Below, in pieces: positions 38,188 to 52,798 of a DNA stretch of 64,000 nt. The notes under the pieces were generated by a model that ran no database searches, was not told where the DNA came from, and saw nothing but the letters and a program-made list of their open reading frames with translations. The stretch comes from Ruditapes philippinarum (taxonomy: Eukaryota). The DNA lies in assembly GCF_026571515.1 (NCBI RefSeq), contig NW_026852372.1, forward strand, positions 62,001 to 126,000, in the 5' to 3' direction. A program made the translations under genes and the position numbers. Each line of letters starts with the position of its first letter. Position 1 is the stretch's first letter.

Positions 38188-38530
38188 CACCCGTGCCGAT
38201 GTTGCGACTCCGTAAATATGGTATTGCACGGCCGTGCATATATCTTGACGTGACGTCATTACAAACATAGCGTAAAGACGCGCTAAATGTTAGTGTTATA
38301 CTATAGGCGCGTCAATGAAATTTGACTATAATTTCACCCTAAACGGTCTTTATTTTTGGTATGTGATAAATAGAATATTAAATTCGTGTAAATTCATTAC
38401 TCGTCTGAATTTATTGCACTCGTTAAATAAAATAAAATTATGCTCGCCAGAGGCTCGCATAATATAATTTTATTCAACTCGTGCAATAATTTCAGTATTG
38501 AACTTACACTCATTCAATATCCTCTATTTA
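38188..38530 (+). repeat. Interspersed repeat shared with 57130-57450
   Basis: acccgtgccg...atggtattgcacggccgtgcatatatct.gacgtgacgtcatt...aacttacactcattca.tatcctct occurs in both copies. Confidence 0.8.
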
Positions 38531-39310
38531 ATGTTCGCTTCGTGACGTTTATAAAATCTACACGGCTTCTGCCTATTTATGACGAATTCTATTTCCTCAT
38601 GGAGGCTTCCTGTATTTTAATATTGTTATAAAGATTTTTGATAAGAAATAGTTTGTCATGTATATGGTCTTTGTATAAAAATATTTAATATTTATATTCG
38701 TTTGAAATTATGATTGAAACATTTTGTCTGACAATCAGAATAAATTTAAAATGCTCATTGTCAACAGGCGATTCATTTTGTACTTCCGGTTAGTAAACAC
38801 ATAATAATTTGTACTTTTGCTTTTATAATTATCTAGAAATTTACTAAAAGTCAGTTTTATAAAGTCAACTTTTACACGATACAATAAAATAAACGAAGTC
38901 ACCAAATCTTTGATTTTACTTGCTTTTTGTTAAGAATTTTAAATTTTGTAGTGTAGGTTAGTCCAAAAAAGTGTATCCGTTCTGTTTGCACGGAGGTTCT
39001 TGATCTAAATCTGTTTCTTTTTTACCATGTTTATAGTTTTCTTTACAATTTTCAGTTTTTATCATATAACGACGATTTTTTTTAAATTAAACTAATTAAC
39101 CAAGTTTCGAGTTTTGACATATTTGATGCCTTTAAAAATATGTCTTGCGGAAATCATTTTTTTCCGGTGGAGTTCAGCTATTCGCGTTAAGAATTAGGTT
39201 AATTATTCTACGGCTCTACGTTTCGGTAATAGGTATTGATCCGGCTAGGTGTGTCAATTAAACCATTATTAATATATCATCGGTCAGATAAAAACCCTCT
39301 GTTTTGTTAA

Positions 39311-39650
39311 AGCTGCAATCTTCCAGATGAGCCTTTTCTTTCTCTCTATTTTTAAAGCAAATAATTTTTGAGCAAAATGAACTAAGATTTTAAGAAAAAT
39401 AAAAATACATTGAATTAACAATTCAAGTAATGATTTACATGTTATATGCTTTGAATGACTGATCTTGCAATATTTATCGCCATAATTTTACTACGTTACT
39501 AACGCATTTAAGGCTTTTTTTTTTGCATATCTGTACCTTTATTTTGTAGTTTTCATGGATAAAAAACTATCTAACATTTACTTGACAAAGCATAACTTTG
39601 AACTATAATTTTTTTCCTGAAAATTAGCATGAATGTGGAGAAGTGCTGCT
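39311..39650. mobile_element. Degenerate MITE with TTAA flanks (Kolobok-like)
   Basis: ttaa|AGCTGCAATCTTCC ... GGAGAAGTGCTGCT|ttaa imperfect inverted termini. Confidence 0.5.
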
Positions 39651-41172
39651 TTAACGGTTACGGACTCAAGCTTAAATCGACACGCTACAAGATGAGTAAA
39701 ACGACCTCTTATATATTATACTATCAATGCAGAAACGGGGAGATATTCGACTTTGAGGTTGTTATGCAAATTATGACAGAATTCATTACATTTTATCAGG
39801 AATGTTGATTCACGTGGATCAGAAGTGCTAAGGACTGCTTAATTAAAATCACTTAAATTGCAGCTCATAAGAATAATTTCCAAATGTTCATAAAGGGAAC
39901 ACTGCTGAGCTTCAAAAGTTTGAAAATATATTTGAAATTATTACTTGAGATCAGTTGGGGCAATTAAAATAGAAAATTATGCAAATGATAGTGAGAATAT
40001 ACTTTCGGAACTTATCTAAAAGCTTTTTGTACGATTCTATGAGTCTGTTTGTACGAGTTCAAAAATGTTAAGAATTTGCCTGCCATAACTACTATTGCCA
40101 AAATCAAACAGCGCAATGACACGAATGTGCAGACGGCCATTAATAAAAAAAATGTCATTTTGGATGACATTTTTTTCGCTGCGCCATTTGTCTTTTAGTT
40201 CTTGTTTATCATAAAATGATGCAGGGTACTCTTACATGCATGTTTATCTCCAGGTTATGCAATAGTATTTGTAAACAAGAATAAATAAAAGTAAAGTAAA
40301 TGTAGAATTCAAAAAGATTTTATGCTTGAATATGCTAGCACCCAATAGCCTTCAGCTTTTTTAAGCAGATTAACGCCGTCTAGACGCAGGTGAGAAACTG
40401 AGAATTGTTGAGCGGCAACAAGTGCGTGAAACATTTCGTAGTAAACAGATTGATGTTGCTGGTGAGCGACATTAATGGTTTCCCCACCTACAAACAAGTC
40501 GTCTGATTCATGAACCACGTAATTATGCCGTGTTAAACGTGGGTAAAAACATCAAAATATTAAGCACCCCTAGACAATAATTCAGTAGTAACTTGTATCA
40601 ATAACAACGTGCTTACTACAAGGTGGCGCTTTGCCAGCACGCGCTCAGATTCTACGTTGGTGGTTGGCTGCAGACGATTGTAAGAATGATAGCGTGATTG
40701 ATGAATGGAAAACTGAATTGTTTGGAAAGGCGGGAAATAAAACTGCAGCAGACGGCAATAGATTTTACTTCTGTTCATCAAGGTTTTCATGACTATAGCG
40801 CCAGAATTTAAATGTTTATCAGGAATGTAAGTCTAGACCGCAAATTTTAGGGAAACTATTATATTGAAAGTTAATGCCTTAAATAGCATGACGCTTGTGA
40901 ACAAGAATTGTTGTGGCTTTATCTTTATCTTTTATCCGTAGAACAAACGTTAACAATACATGTACATACGCTTATACTCCATTGGTTAAATTGATTTTAA
41001 AATGTGATTCTGAGTTTTTTTTTCTTTTGTGTAAGTCAAGACAAAAACATGGGTGCTGGGAGCGACACGAGGCTAAGTGGTTAAAGGGTCATTATACCCA
41101 AGAAATGTTTTATATTTATACCTGTACTGTTATAGTTTCCTAAAGGTTACTTATTAGACAATCATCCAAATA

Positions 41173-41603
41173 AAAATCAAAGCACAGAAGGCGCTGGATT
41201 TGTTTGTGTCTCAGAATGTCAGAAAGATTATAAACCAATTTGTTTTTGTACAGTGCCACCAAATGCTTTCCAGCGTTTTAATAGTATTAGATTGGTTATA
41301 AGACTAATTGCAACACTGATATTCAATCCAATGTTTATTTTAAAACAGATGTAAATAATCATGGAGCTTACTAAAATAATGTATATCTATAAAGAATAAA
41401 ACAATATTAGAAATCTTCGACCATTAGGGAATTATTTTGCTTGAAAATTAATGCGCCTGTCATTTGACCATCTTTACGCAGTGATCTCCCCTGAAATTTT
41501 AGGCGTTAGTGTACATATAAAGGGAAGCGGACTACTTTCGGCATTTGCAATTAATAGCATTAGAGTCTGAAATTTCGCTACCATTATTTGTTTGGTCTGA
41601 CGA
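41173..41603 (+). repeat. Interspersed repeat, copy 2 (internally shorter)
   Basis: aaaatcaaagcacagaaggcgctg...ttatttgtttggtctgacga, shared with 3375-3980. Confidence 0.8.
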
Positions 41604-44274
41604 ATACTAATCTAAGAATTGTGCTCTGGTAAATTCATCTTGACTTACTGCGGTGGTCCAGAGTGAAAACTATCAAAACCACCACGGACAGTTGAGTACA
41701 GTGGAATGAAGTATATAAGAGGAAGATGGAGTACAGTTAGTTGTGCAGATGAGTGCGGTGCTGTTCTCACTTCATCTAAGATTAAAACACTATTTACAGA
41801 TATGTCTTAAAAATACAATACTTCCCCTGTACATTTTATTTTGATATTTATGTAGGAAACAGTTACTGTTAGAAAAAGTTAAAACCTTCCCGTTTGATGA
41901 TTCAAGATGCACATTACTTTATTTAATTTAGACTTCGTGTGTCTTTTTACACGGAAATACATTGTAAAAATATATAAAAAGGAAAGAAAACCAACATAAA
42001 ACTAAACTGGTCCTGCAACTGTATTAAATAGAAATAAATTTTCATAATGATACAAATATGTATAAATGTATGCTAATTTTCAGCAAATCGCACTTTCTCG
42101 GTCCTCTTAAAACTTCCAAATCGACGTCATTCGGCGTGTTTCGTCAAATTCCGGTAAATTAAATTTATAAAGGGACGTCGTTGTACAAAAAATGAACTTG
42201 CAATTACGTATAAATAAAAAGTGCTTGGAGCTGAATAAAAACTTCATGTTTGCTGACTTGCCTATATTTTACAGTTTTAAAAACCTTTTCTAAATTCTAC
42301 TGAGTGTTTATAACTGTTTTCGAATTTTCATTATTTACCATACACCTTGTATTAATTGAGCAATAGAAGATACCTTCCATTAGTGGGAAATAGGTCCGAT
42401 TGTAATTATTTCAAATATCTTCTCGACTTTACATAATGACCCTACCCTCTCTGACAATGACAATGTGGGTACAACTGATGATATGTATGCATTAAAGTCA
42501 GGGTATCGCATTGAATCATGACCAGCGATTGGCTGAAAAAGTTCAGGGACAACCGTATGATTCAATTTATACATGAGGTAATTGGATAAAAATGGGGTAT
42601 TTTTAAGTATAAAAACTAATTTAAAAAGTGACACTACATTGTTTTCTGAAGAAAATGAAATATTTCATGAGTCTCTGTGATAATGTTGACTTGGATATTT
42701 GCATTTATAAAAAGTGTATGTCAGTCCTGTGATCAGCAGAAAATTTCAATAAAATGTGGGGGGGGGGGGGGTGTAATCCTCTTTGAAGTCATTTTGCACA
42801 AAAAAATGGGTTGGCTACCCCTATATAACAGGAACATTTTCATGTGTCAGGCGTTTCATTCTTCTAGCTAAATCACCTCTTTAGCATGAAAACGTGATTA
42901 AGGACCATTTCTTATAATGTGAGTCTATGGGAATATCAATGTGAGTGTCTGACATTTCAAATATGTTTATGTTTACTTTCAGATATTAGGCCAAAATATT
43001 TCGCAAGCTTGTTCAGTGTAGCGCTAAGAAGGCACATTTTAACCGATGGGATTATTTATAAGAGAGTCTATGATAATCCATCAAGAGATTATCCGCTTTC
43101 AGATACATCTGTCAGTTAACATTACTTGTCCGACATAAATGTGGCTGTCTGCCAGACCGACATACAAACAAGAGAATATCAACTTGGAACCAGTAACTTA
43201 ACTATATGTTATTATAGTGGCCTGTCGCTTCTGATTTACCGTGACGCTTTCTTTATTATCTAACATCGTAGTGTTAGCTAACTGAATCTCGTCCACTGTA
43301 CTCCACTATACGTTCTAATGTTCTAAAGTAAATAAAGACCTATTTTTTAGTTGTAAAACGCCATCCTAGTTTAGCGTCAACGGATTGCATTTCTTGTGAA
43401 AGTTGTTTTTATTTGGGGGAAGCTGAACCGTACATCATATTGATTGTAGTCTTGTAGGACTATTTGGCTTTTATTTATGTAAACGTTTCAATACTGCCTC
43501 TTTAAAAATACATTTTCAGCATAAGATACCTGAGTTTTACGACTTTAAGCACTCAAAATGACAGTAAAGAATTACTTGTGGATGTCTTTGGATATCAAAC
43601 ATGCGATGCCGTATTCTGTAAATACACGCATGCGCAGAAATATCAAGTCATTTTACAACAAGAAGTATTTCTAAAAAAAGATACTCGGCCGAAGTAAAAC
43701 TGGTTAATTTGTATGTTTTCCATTCAAAGTCATACTGTATATAAATGTAGCTTAGCCTGGATAACAATAACACTGTTTTATGTATGTATTTCTAAACAAG
43801 CCTGTTGTGTTTTGGTAAGTGGACTCAATTTCTGAAGTGGGTAAGGCGATATCTTTATAAATACTTGATTATTATGCAAACATATATAAGAATTATGAAC
43901 AGTACACCATTTTCACTCACCAATAATAATAATATAATATAATAGAGACTTATTGACTTTCATAAACTTAGGGTACCTGTTCTGATATTATTTTCATTAT
44001 TTTAACTTGGAATTTTGTAAATTAAACTCATTAAGTTCTTATGTAAAATAAACTGTTCACTAGAAATTGTAATGAGACATGAAAGCAAGAAGTATAGTTA
44101 ATAGAACTTAAATATCTGAGCAATTTAACTTGAAAGTATAAGACCTGTCCTGCACATTTTATATTAGAACGGCCAATGAGATTCCCAGATGTCATTTGTA
44201 ATTTTAAATGACCAATGAAGACTCTTCTAATATTCTGTTCTTCCCTGTAAAATTTACAGGCAGTCAAACTGAAA

Positions 44275-44625
44275 ACAGACTGTAACGTATACCGTATTTA
44301 TTTCTTGATACAACCAGTATCGTATACTGCAATAATTTCTTTACAAGTAACGTATACTGTTTAAAATTGTTACTACACCCAGAAACGTTTACCGTATAAA
44401 TTTCTTGCTCAAACCAGTTTCAGAATATTGTGCTTATTTGCCGTACCAAGTAACAAACACCCCGTATAAGTTCATGCGACAACCAGTATCACATGAAGTT
44501 TTAACGTCTTGCTTTAAATATACGCATACCGTATTACTTTCTAGCCATAAAAAGTTTCTAACAACAAACAGTAGCGTATACCGTATTAATTTGTTGCTAC
44601 AACAAGTTACCCATTCCGTATTCTT
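44275..44625. repeat. Degenerate ~40-bp tandem repeat (caaccagtaacgtataccgta core)
   Basis: Several imperfect units are visible. Confidence 0.55.
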
Positions 44626-46373
44626 TTTGGCTGCTACAAGAAATTTTTTGCTTGGTGCTACCTTTTGATTATGCTTGTCTATTTCTTTTTACTACTTTAG
44701 AGGACTTATTAACAGCAATCATAATGGTAAAAATGATAATCAAAGTGATAATGAATGCTAATTTTTCACAAAATATAAAACCAATAGAAACAGATGTGTA
44801 GTCATTTTTACTTTTGGTACGTTCACAATACACAATACACGAAAATACTCCTTTTCCAGAAATTTAATTTTTAATGAATGCATGCTCTCAGGAGGGTTTC
44901 TTAGACTGTATTATATAACATTTATAGTATAATGCATTTAATGTATTTATAACTGTTGTCTTAGTGCTTGCTTACAGGCATTGTCTTTTTTTATATCATC
45001 TGTTTCAAAATCAGTTATTACTTCTTTACTCTTTAGTTTTTATAACAACATTTATTTTCAAATATTTCAAACATAGATACAACCAGAAGAAAATCATGTA
45101 TGAATAAAGATATAAATTTAGAGGTAAACAATGGTAAAGACTTTATAACTTTATTTAATTCGAAAGAGGGTTTGAACTTATACTTCTTTACTCTTTGCAA
45201 GTTCATGACACTCCCTTGCTTCTAATAAAGACAGTAACTGTTTTCACTTTGTGAATTATTTAAAGTTTAGAATTCTGAGAGGACACAGATAAAAAGTCAT
45301 ATCCTAACAACGAATATCACTATCGGTCGTCATGGTTGTATATATATGCGCCGTCAACAGGTATTCGCGGTAAAACTCAAAGTTTCAACTTTGTCTAATT
45401 TTCACAGAATGTCATTTTTGAATGGACATAAACAAAGAAGTGTCCAAAATACATCAAGTTACATCCTTTAATAGTAAGAACAAAGGGACACATTTACAAA
45501 TATGTTTTACGATATGGTTGTTGAAAGAACATAATTTATCGTTAGTTGTTTTTTCCTGCTAAAATGTTGCTGAACCTGAAAAAAAATGTGTTAGAATATA
45601 AAGATAATGTATAATAAAAAATTTTCTGTTCAAAATAAAACTTAACAGCATTAGACAACTCATGGTATAGTTTCAAATCTAATTTTCGAAAATTCATGCG
45701 GCTTCAAAGTTGGTTGCAGACGACATATGCAGGCAGTAGCGGAAAGAATTCTCTTAAATGATAATATGTAAACAACATTTCCAGTAATTCATAAAATCTG
45801 AAGTGAGAACTTTTGGAATGTAGACAGTCGGATAATAGATATACTAATCGTCTGCTTGTTTTATAAACTGTCGGTAGGGGTGCATCTCGGATCAAAGAAT
45901 TGCGTAACGAGCTGGTGGTTCTCACAGCGTGTTAATTGACTGGAGACGGATATTTATCTATTATAATGTCTATAACACTTAGGGTGTAATGTTAAAACAC
46001 TATTAAACGATATATTTCGCGTTTAATGTTTTACAAGATGATATATTTTTGACAGCATTTCAAGTGCAACACACACAAAGAACGATTTACCACACATAAC
46101 GTCTGACATACTGTAGGGCTTATAGCTTGTACTTTGTGAAGTACGCAAGCATATTGTCATGTCTGAGAATACAGGTATATAATGGGTACACGTAACATCA
46201 TTGTTATCAGCGCTATATGTCTGATTAAAACATGCAAAAACCACATTGTCTAGACCACAGTAAATGTTATTTTGATAAGCGTAGCAGAAATCATGCAATG
46301 AACTAATTGGACGCCAGAGGTCGGTAACGGCAGACATAAAAAAGCCGACTCAACCTGCACAACCGCAGAGTTA

Positions 46374-46692
46374 GCCATCCGGTTAGCTTAATAGGAAGAG
46401 CGTTGGACTGTTAATCGGGCGACCTGGGTTCCATTCCCGGACGGCGCAGGTCACATTCTTTGCGATTGATTAAAAAAAAATTCTTCATGAAATCGTTTCT
46501 ACGGTCATTCGCACTGTACATCTGTTCTGGTATGAACCGAAGTTTCAGTTCCTTGCGAAAGTGAAGGCAACTAGTACTGGTAAACTGTTTGACAGCCTGC
46601 CCATGAACGATGCGGTGGCTGAACTGTGTTCTGATGAATTCAATGTGGCTTACTGCCGTGATCCGGGGTGAAAACTACCAACACCACCACCA
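46374..46692 (+). mobile_element. tRNA-derived SINE, family 2
   Basis: tRNA-like head (tagcttaatagg..gactGTTaatc..ggttccattccc), body, and (CAC)n tail. Homologous to the minus-strand copy at 37673-37952 and a 3' fragment at ~41618-41685. Confidence 0.78.
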
Positions 46693-49600
46693 CAACCACA
46701 GAGCTTTGTCAGACACTATGCTGTCGACTGCTTAATTCTTGACCTTTAAACTAACAAGGGACACTTCTGAATTCAGAGCAGGTTTAGGGCTGTGACTAAA
46801 GGCAATCATTAGAATAATACTCACATGTTCTTTGTGAAAGTCGCTTTTGCTGTGCAAAATACATGACTTTTCGGTGCGCATGAACCGCCTTATATTATTC
46901 AAATATTGCGAGACAATTAAATTCAAAAGAAAACACACCTTTTAAAATAAATTAGAAATGTATATCAAAAGTTCCTAAGACCGTAATAAAATTGCTTTCA
47001 ACACAGTGCAGAGAGTGCAATTTTGATTTTGAAAATCGAACGAACTCAGAACAGATTGCATTATAGCCGACATTATTTTTAATTGAATATCGATCTTATA
47101 ACTGAACTTTGATATCATTTTCAGAGCTGATCCTGAATTGAACACAATCACAAATATTCGCTCACTTCCGACACCCTAGAGTTAACATTGAATTTAACGC
47201 GTACGCTATACTTATATTTATTTTCTAACAAATCACACGATCTTTCTCCGCTTTTTGAAATTTTAAGAGCTCATTTTGTTTTTTGAATGCCTAAGTGCTA
47301 CTTAAGAACTTCTAGTGGCTTACTTTAATTACAACGCTTACATGATATTTACCTGTTTGTAATTTTAAGACCGGACTTAAATTCAACAATTTCACAAATA
47401 CATGCATTCGCCTGTCTGTCTATTCGCTCACGAATTTTACCGTTTTGAATTTCCAAGAAATTTACCTTAAACGCTTAAGCAATATTTGACTGAGCTTGTT
47501 TTGTACGCATGCGTCGAAATTCTAAGACCTTACATTGAATTAAACGCTTACACGATGTCTTAAGGTTCTAACTTTCTTTTCATTTGTAAGTTACTAAAAT
47601 ATTAATGCCTACGCGTTATTTGCCAATTACAAAGAGCTAATTTTTAATAATATTGCCGTATTGAATTTCTTACTTTGTTCTGAATGCTTCAGCATTATAC
47701 TTGCTTTTTTCTGCTCCCCGGAGAGCTTTGTCTGCATAATTTGCGTTAATTACTAGATAATATGTATCATATTGTGAATGAACCCTTACACCGTGCTTTA
47801 TGTGATAAAACCGTTGTTTAATATCCACAATGATGAACCAACAAAATCATCTTCAAAAGTATATATTTGCTTAGGTAAACTACATATACAAAATCGAGCT
47901 AAATTATGTAATATTTTAGCGATATCAGCGATAAATTTCATTATCTTTTTTATGTTCAGAACTTGAAAATGATAGAAATATATTATAAATAACTATTACA
48001 GAAATAGATATAGTATATTTAAATTTGTCTGTTCACATCTGAAATGATAGATAAACTTAAGAATCTTAGTATTTTTGTATTAAAATAATGCAATATTTTA
48101 GAACCTTATTTGTTTTATCAAGATAATTCATGATAATGTACATGTATATTCATTTTTTGTGTAAGATATAAGATGTCTCCTTTTTAATAAAATCACTAAA
48201 CTTTTGAAGTAATGAAAATGGTTGTTTGTATGTAGCGAAAGGTTATTGAGCATAAATTAAATCAGAGCTTGAAAGTAAATAATACATGATTGCACATGTT
48301 TAATTTTTTACTACTGACTCTTTTTTGTATTTTCTGATCGTAAGATCAGTAAATACATAGCTAACATCCACGGTCTAACACAAAATTTCCTAACATACCT
48401 AACAACGCAAAGTAGTTCTCACTCAAAACTGCTTAAAAACCAGCAATTTAAAAGAAAGAATAATTTTAAATGTAGGCATTTAACGAATGACAGTGCATTA
48501 AAAGTTTAGATTAGTCAATAGAAATATGAGGTTACAATCACAAATTTCGCGGATGAATATCTTTTTAACCCAATGAAAAATGTTCGGCTATTCCCGTAAA
48601 GCTTCGGATTATCATGAATATCATTTTAATCAATGAAAATGCTATTTTTAGCTATGCCGATTACCGAATACTCCAGAGCGTAGTACACAAATAAATCTGA
48701 CTGTCGAGTAGTGGAATATATACATGTCAGACTGTTTTGGCGAGAAGATTTTCGATAAATTATTTTCATCAGTGTTAAACAACACGTTTATCGTGAACAA
48801 AATACCTCGAAATTAATAAGGATTACAAACACGAAATGGAAATTCTCAATTTAGAATTACATAATGTATTCGTTTTTATTCAAGGTTAATATGTATAGTG
48901 CAGAGGTAAGCGGTCTCGTTGAGGGTGTGAGAGGCCTATGGTTCAAATCCTAGTCGAGGCAATTCTATTTTTTTTTCATGCAAAATTCCATATGTTATAG
49001 AAGAAAATCAAAACGCTGTCGCTGCGTAAGATGAAATATAGTATATAAAAATAAACTTATACAGGAAAGTACATACAGATAGTCAGTATGATTTAGATTG
49101 CAAAGATCAGAAAATACCATAGAGCTGCAGCCCTTTGATTTAATAATGTATGTTAAATTTAAATATACAGCTGTTATGTTAATATAGTGTATCAAGCCAA
49201 GTAACTCTAGTTATCGCAGTTTTTAACATTAATAGTTCTTGAAGAGTAGTCGCCCTTACCACCTCATTTCCTGACACTGTGTCAGTAGTACAACATTTGG
49301 TCAATGTTTTTGTGTCGTGTTTGTGTCGTGAAGAGAATCTGCTTTCTGCAGTTTTAATTTAATTGAAAAAAAAACATCAAAAAAGCACAAAAAAATCACA
49401 ACAACAACAGAGTCCCTCTAAAAAAAACGCCAACACTAAATGTTCATTTAGTCACTTCATGTAATAAAGATTATTTGGCAATTTTCACGTAGATGCACTT
49501 CATCTAATAAAGATTATTAGGCAATTTTCACGTAGATGTCTATCATGAATTACTTCAGGTACAAGCTGACACTGTGTTGTGAGTATACCACCGAATTTCT

Positions 49601-50610
49601 GTTCACTCAGTGGATAGCTTCTTTTTACAAAGAAGTAAAATGTCCATGGCGGAAATTTGTTAATTGCGAGGAAGGCATTATCTTAACCGTTACCATTAAT
49701 TTCTACATACCTTAAATTTATTTGTCCAGTTTTCAATCTCTATAAAATTAGTCATCATTTGTATTTGAGGGAAGATTTCAGTCATTTAAGACAAAAATTA
49801 TGCAGACCATGATCAGACTGAACATATCTGCGGCTAATCTTGATAATAAACAATTGCCGCCACAAGTCTTAAGGTAAAGGCAGCACACCACACTAATTGA
49901 AGTCACAGCTTCGAATGGCCAGGGAGGATTTCATGGATATAGTGACTATTGTGAATTTAAATGACTGGTTGTCTTTAAAGTGTATTTTTAGCATGAAATT
50001 TGGTTTTGTGACATGTAATATGATCATTGGCAAATTCGAAAACATGGTTAGAAATCACATGCTGTTAATTATAGATGTCAAGGCCGCCATTGTTTGTAAA
50101 CATTGCTTTTATACAGCATGCTCGGTGAAAACAAGTAATTTTACAGGGGAGTACAAACATTCAGCAATAGCAAAAAATCTACAAGGCCAAGCACCTATTT
50201 CTTTGTGATATTTTGCATGTATAGGGAGTTGCTAAGGCAGTGACAGAGTTTCTGTCGCCCGTATATTTGCAGGTATTTTTTGCCAGAGGGACGAAATATG
50301 TTGTTTTGGGTCTTGGACCACTGTAGATTTTTGGCTTTTACGGAATGAATTGAATTTTTTTCACTGCCTGACTGTTGAACATGGGATGATTTCATTATAG
50401 ATTTGCAATGCTATTACATATATGTTCTTAACAAAATGTGTTTTCTTTTTCCAGTTTGTGTAGTTTGGGATCAGATTTATCAGACATATTGCTTGTAGGA
50501 CATTGACAGCAGAAACTTGAAATTTAGTGTGGAGTGCTACCAAAAGTTATCAGACTACTATCATCATAGGTGGAATTAGAAAGATGTATAGCGAATTTGA
50601 GAATTTACAG

Positions 50611-50741
50611 NNNNNNNNNNNNNNNNNNNNNNNNNNNNNNNNNNNNNNNNNNNNNNNNNNNNNNNNNNNNNNNNNNNNNNNNNNNNNNNNNNNNNNNNNN
50701 NNNNNNNNNNNNNNNNNNNNNNNNNNNNNNNNNNNNNNNNN
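50611..50741. other. Assembly gap (N run)
   Basis: Run of n. Confidence 1.
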
Positions 50742-52798
50742 ACACAATAATTTAATATGTATTTTTCGAAGAGACATAGCTTTCAGAAAAGCAAAAACCA
50801 ATGTCAAAGTGTAAAAGTGTATTTTGAGTTTTTCCCAAACATCGGTTAATATGGCTAACGTAAAACCTATTTATATTTAAAGTAAGAAAGGCTCCTTAAA
50901 GGTTAACAATACTCGTGTACAATGGGGGCAATTTTTTGAATAGTTAAAAAATCATATTTCAAAGTAACTCACTAACAATGTAATATAAAACGTTCAATAA
51001 GAGAAAAAGAACTACAAAGTATAATACAATCTTTATTCTAGTCACACGTATAGTCCTGATTAATATAATCATCATGCACCTTTAGTTTAATTTTTAACCC
51101 TTAACACGCTTAATATCTAAAATGGACCTGTCTATCTTTCATTCCGGATAATACCATCTATATTTTTAGGGGTAATTCTCAAAAAAAGTACTACCCGAAT
51201 GACGACCAGTGCAGACCATGATCAAACGGCACAGACATGCCCCGCTGATCTTGGTATGACCTGTAGGTCGCATAGGTAGAATCTGTTACCGACATCAGTT
51301 TAAAGTTTTAACTGCCATCTACATATGAATTCTATTAAATTCCGTTCATTTGTATCAAATAAGCTCCTGTGGCAAGGATGAACAGAACATCCTAATCTAC
51401 TGTACCCTTTGTAATTTACGGAAATTGACGAAGATTGTCGGAAAGTTACGAGCTATTTCTATAACATATTCGTATTATGTCGAAGATTCGAATCTGTGCA
51501 ACTTAATGGTATGGTGAATTATTTTTTTTAAAACAATGCACAGTTTTCTTGTGGCAGAAATGTTCACTGTGTCGTATCACCACATAATAATTAAATAAAT
51601 GTTTTGTCTCCTATTCGCCCTTCCGCCGCAGTTTGGCTGAAAGAAAGGCCGCGGAAAACGTTTACCTTTTCATGTTTTTGAATACCCTTTCCAAACTTTC
51701 GCCCCGTTCAGCACAAAAAGCAACAACAATAAAAACCACAACAAAAAAGTGCACATGTGGGCAAAGCTTAGCTACCATATTAGAAGAACAATTCTATGCA
51801 TATTCCAGACATACGAGATCAGGATCGTAGATCAGGAGTACATATCCATATCGTAATTATATAAGGATGAAATATGACACAAATATACTATAATATTATC
51901 CACGTCATTCTTATAATTATACTTATATATTTATATGTCTATATTTTACTTGTTAATTAGTTCAGAAACTGATAACCCCCATCCCTGTCTGTTTCTAGTC
52001 TGATACTTTATATCATTTAATACTGTTTCTGATTGTTGGTGTTGTTTTTTTATTGTTGTTATTTTGTGTTGTATTTTTTTTTGCAATGAAATGTAGCAGA
52101 GACAATGGTCTGATATGTAGTGATCACATGGTTCACAAGTACTTTAATGGTGTAACAGTAAAGCCATATTACATTATCTGTAACTAAATATGTCTTTTTT
52201 ATATAAAGTGGTATCGCATGCGCGAAATAAGTTCTCATTTACATGATATCGTTTTGAAAACGAGAGATTATTTGATGATGAGTATGCTTTTTTGCCGTAT
52301 AGTGCAAGCACATTTATAGTGTGCAATTCACCTTTAACCTGATGAACCCAAAAGTGATAAGCCTTTCCCACAAGTATAGAGCCATACTCCATACTAAAGC
52401 CAGGTTCCATACTTGATACAGGCTCTACACTGTTTGTAGCCATTTTTGTTGTTGTTGTTTTTTATCCTTAAACGCCTTTATCTTTAAATTGACTACACTA
52501 TTCTTTGACCTTGTAACCCCATAAATCCATTAAAGAAATTCAGCACAGTAAGGGTTAAATTAAATACCAGTTTCTCCGAATTAATCTCAATCGATAGTGA
52601 GAAAATTACCAGAAACGATTTAAATGAAAATTTGGCTTTGTAAATTATACATGAATAAATGTATAAAATGTTGACCACGGTGTCCGCACTCATATGTCCA
52701 GAAACATTTATTTATATTTTCTTCAATTTGTTCCTGATACTACTATTAAAATACAGAACAGAACAGGTTAATACAGTAGATATGATAAAGTCTCTTTA

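Noticed and set aside
40309-40790. Two minus-strand ORFs in a slightly GC-richer block
   Set aside because: No recognisable domain or linking splice sites; cannot be supported as a gene.
48893-48960. tRNA gene
   Set aside because: Only a B-box-like GGTTCAAATCC and a poor A box; the stems do not pair. Likely a decayed SINE head.
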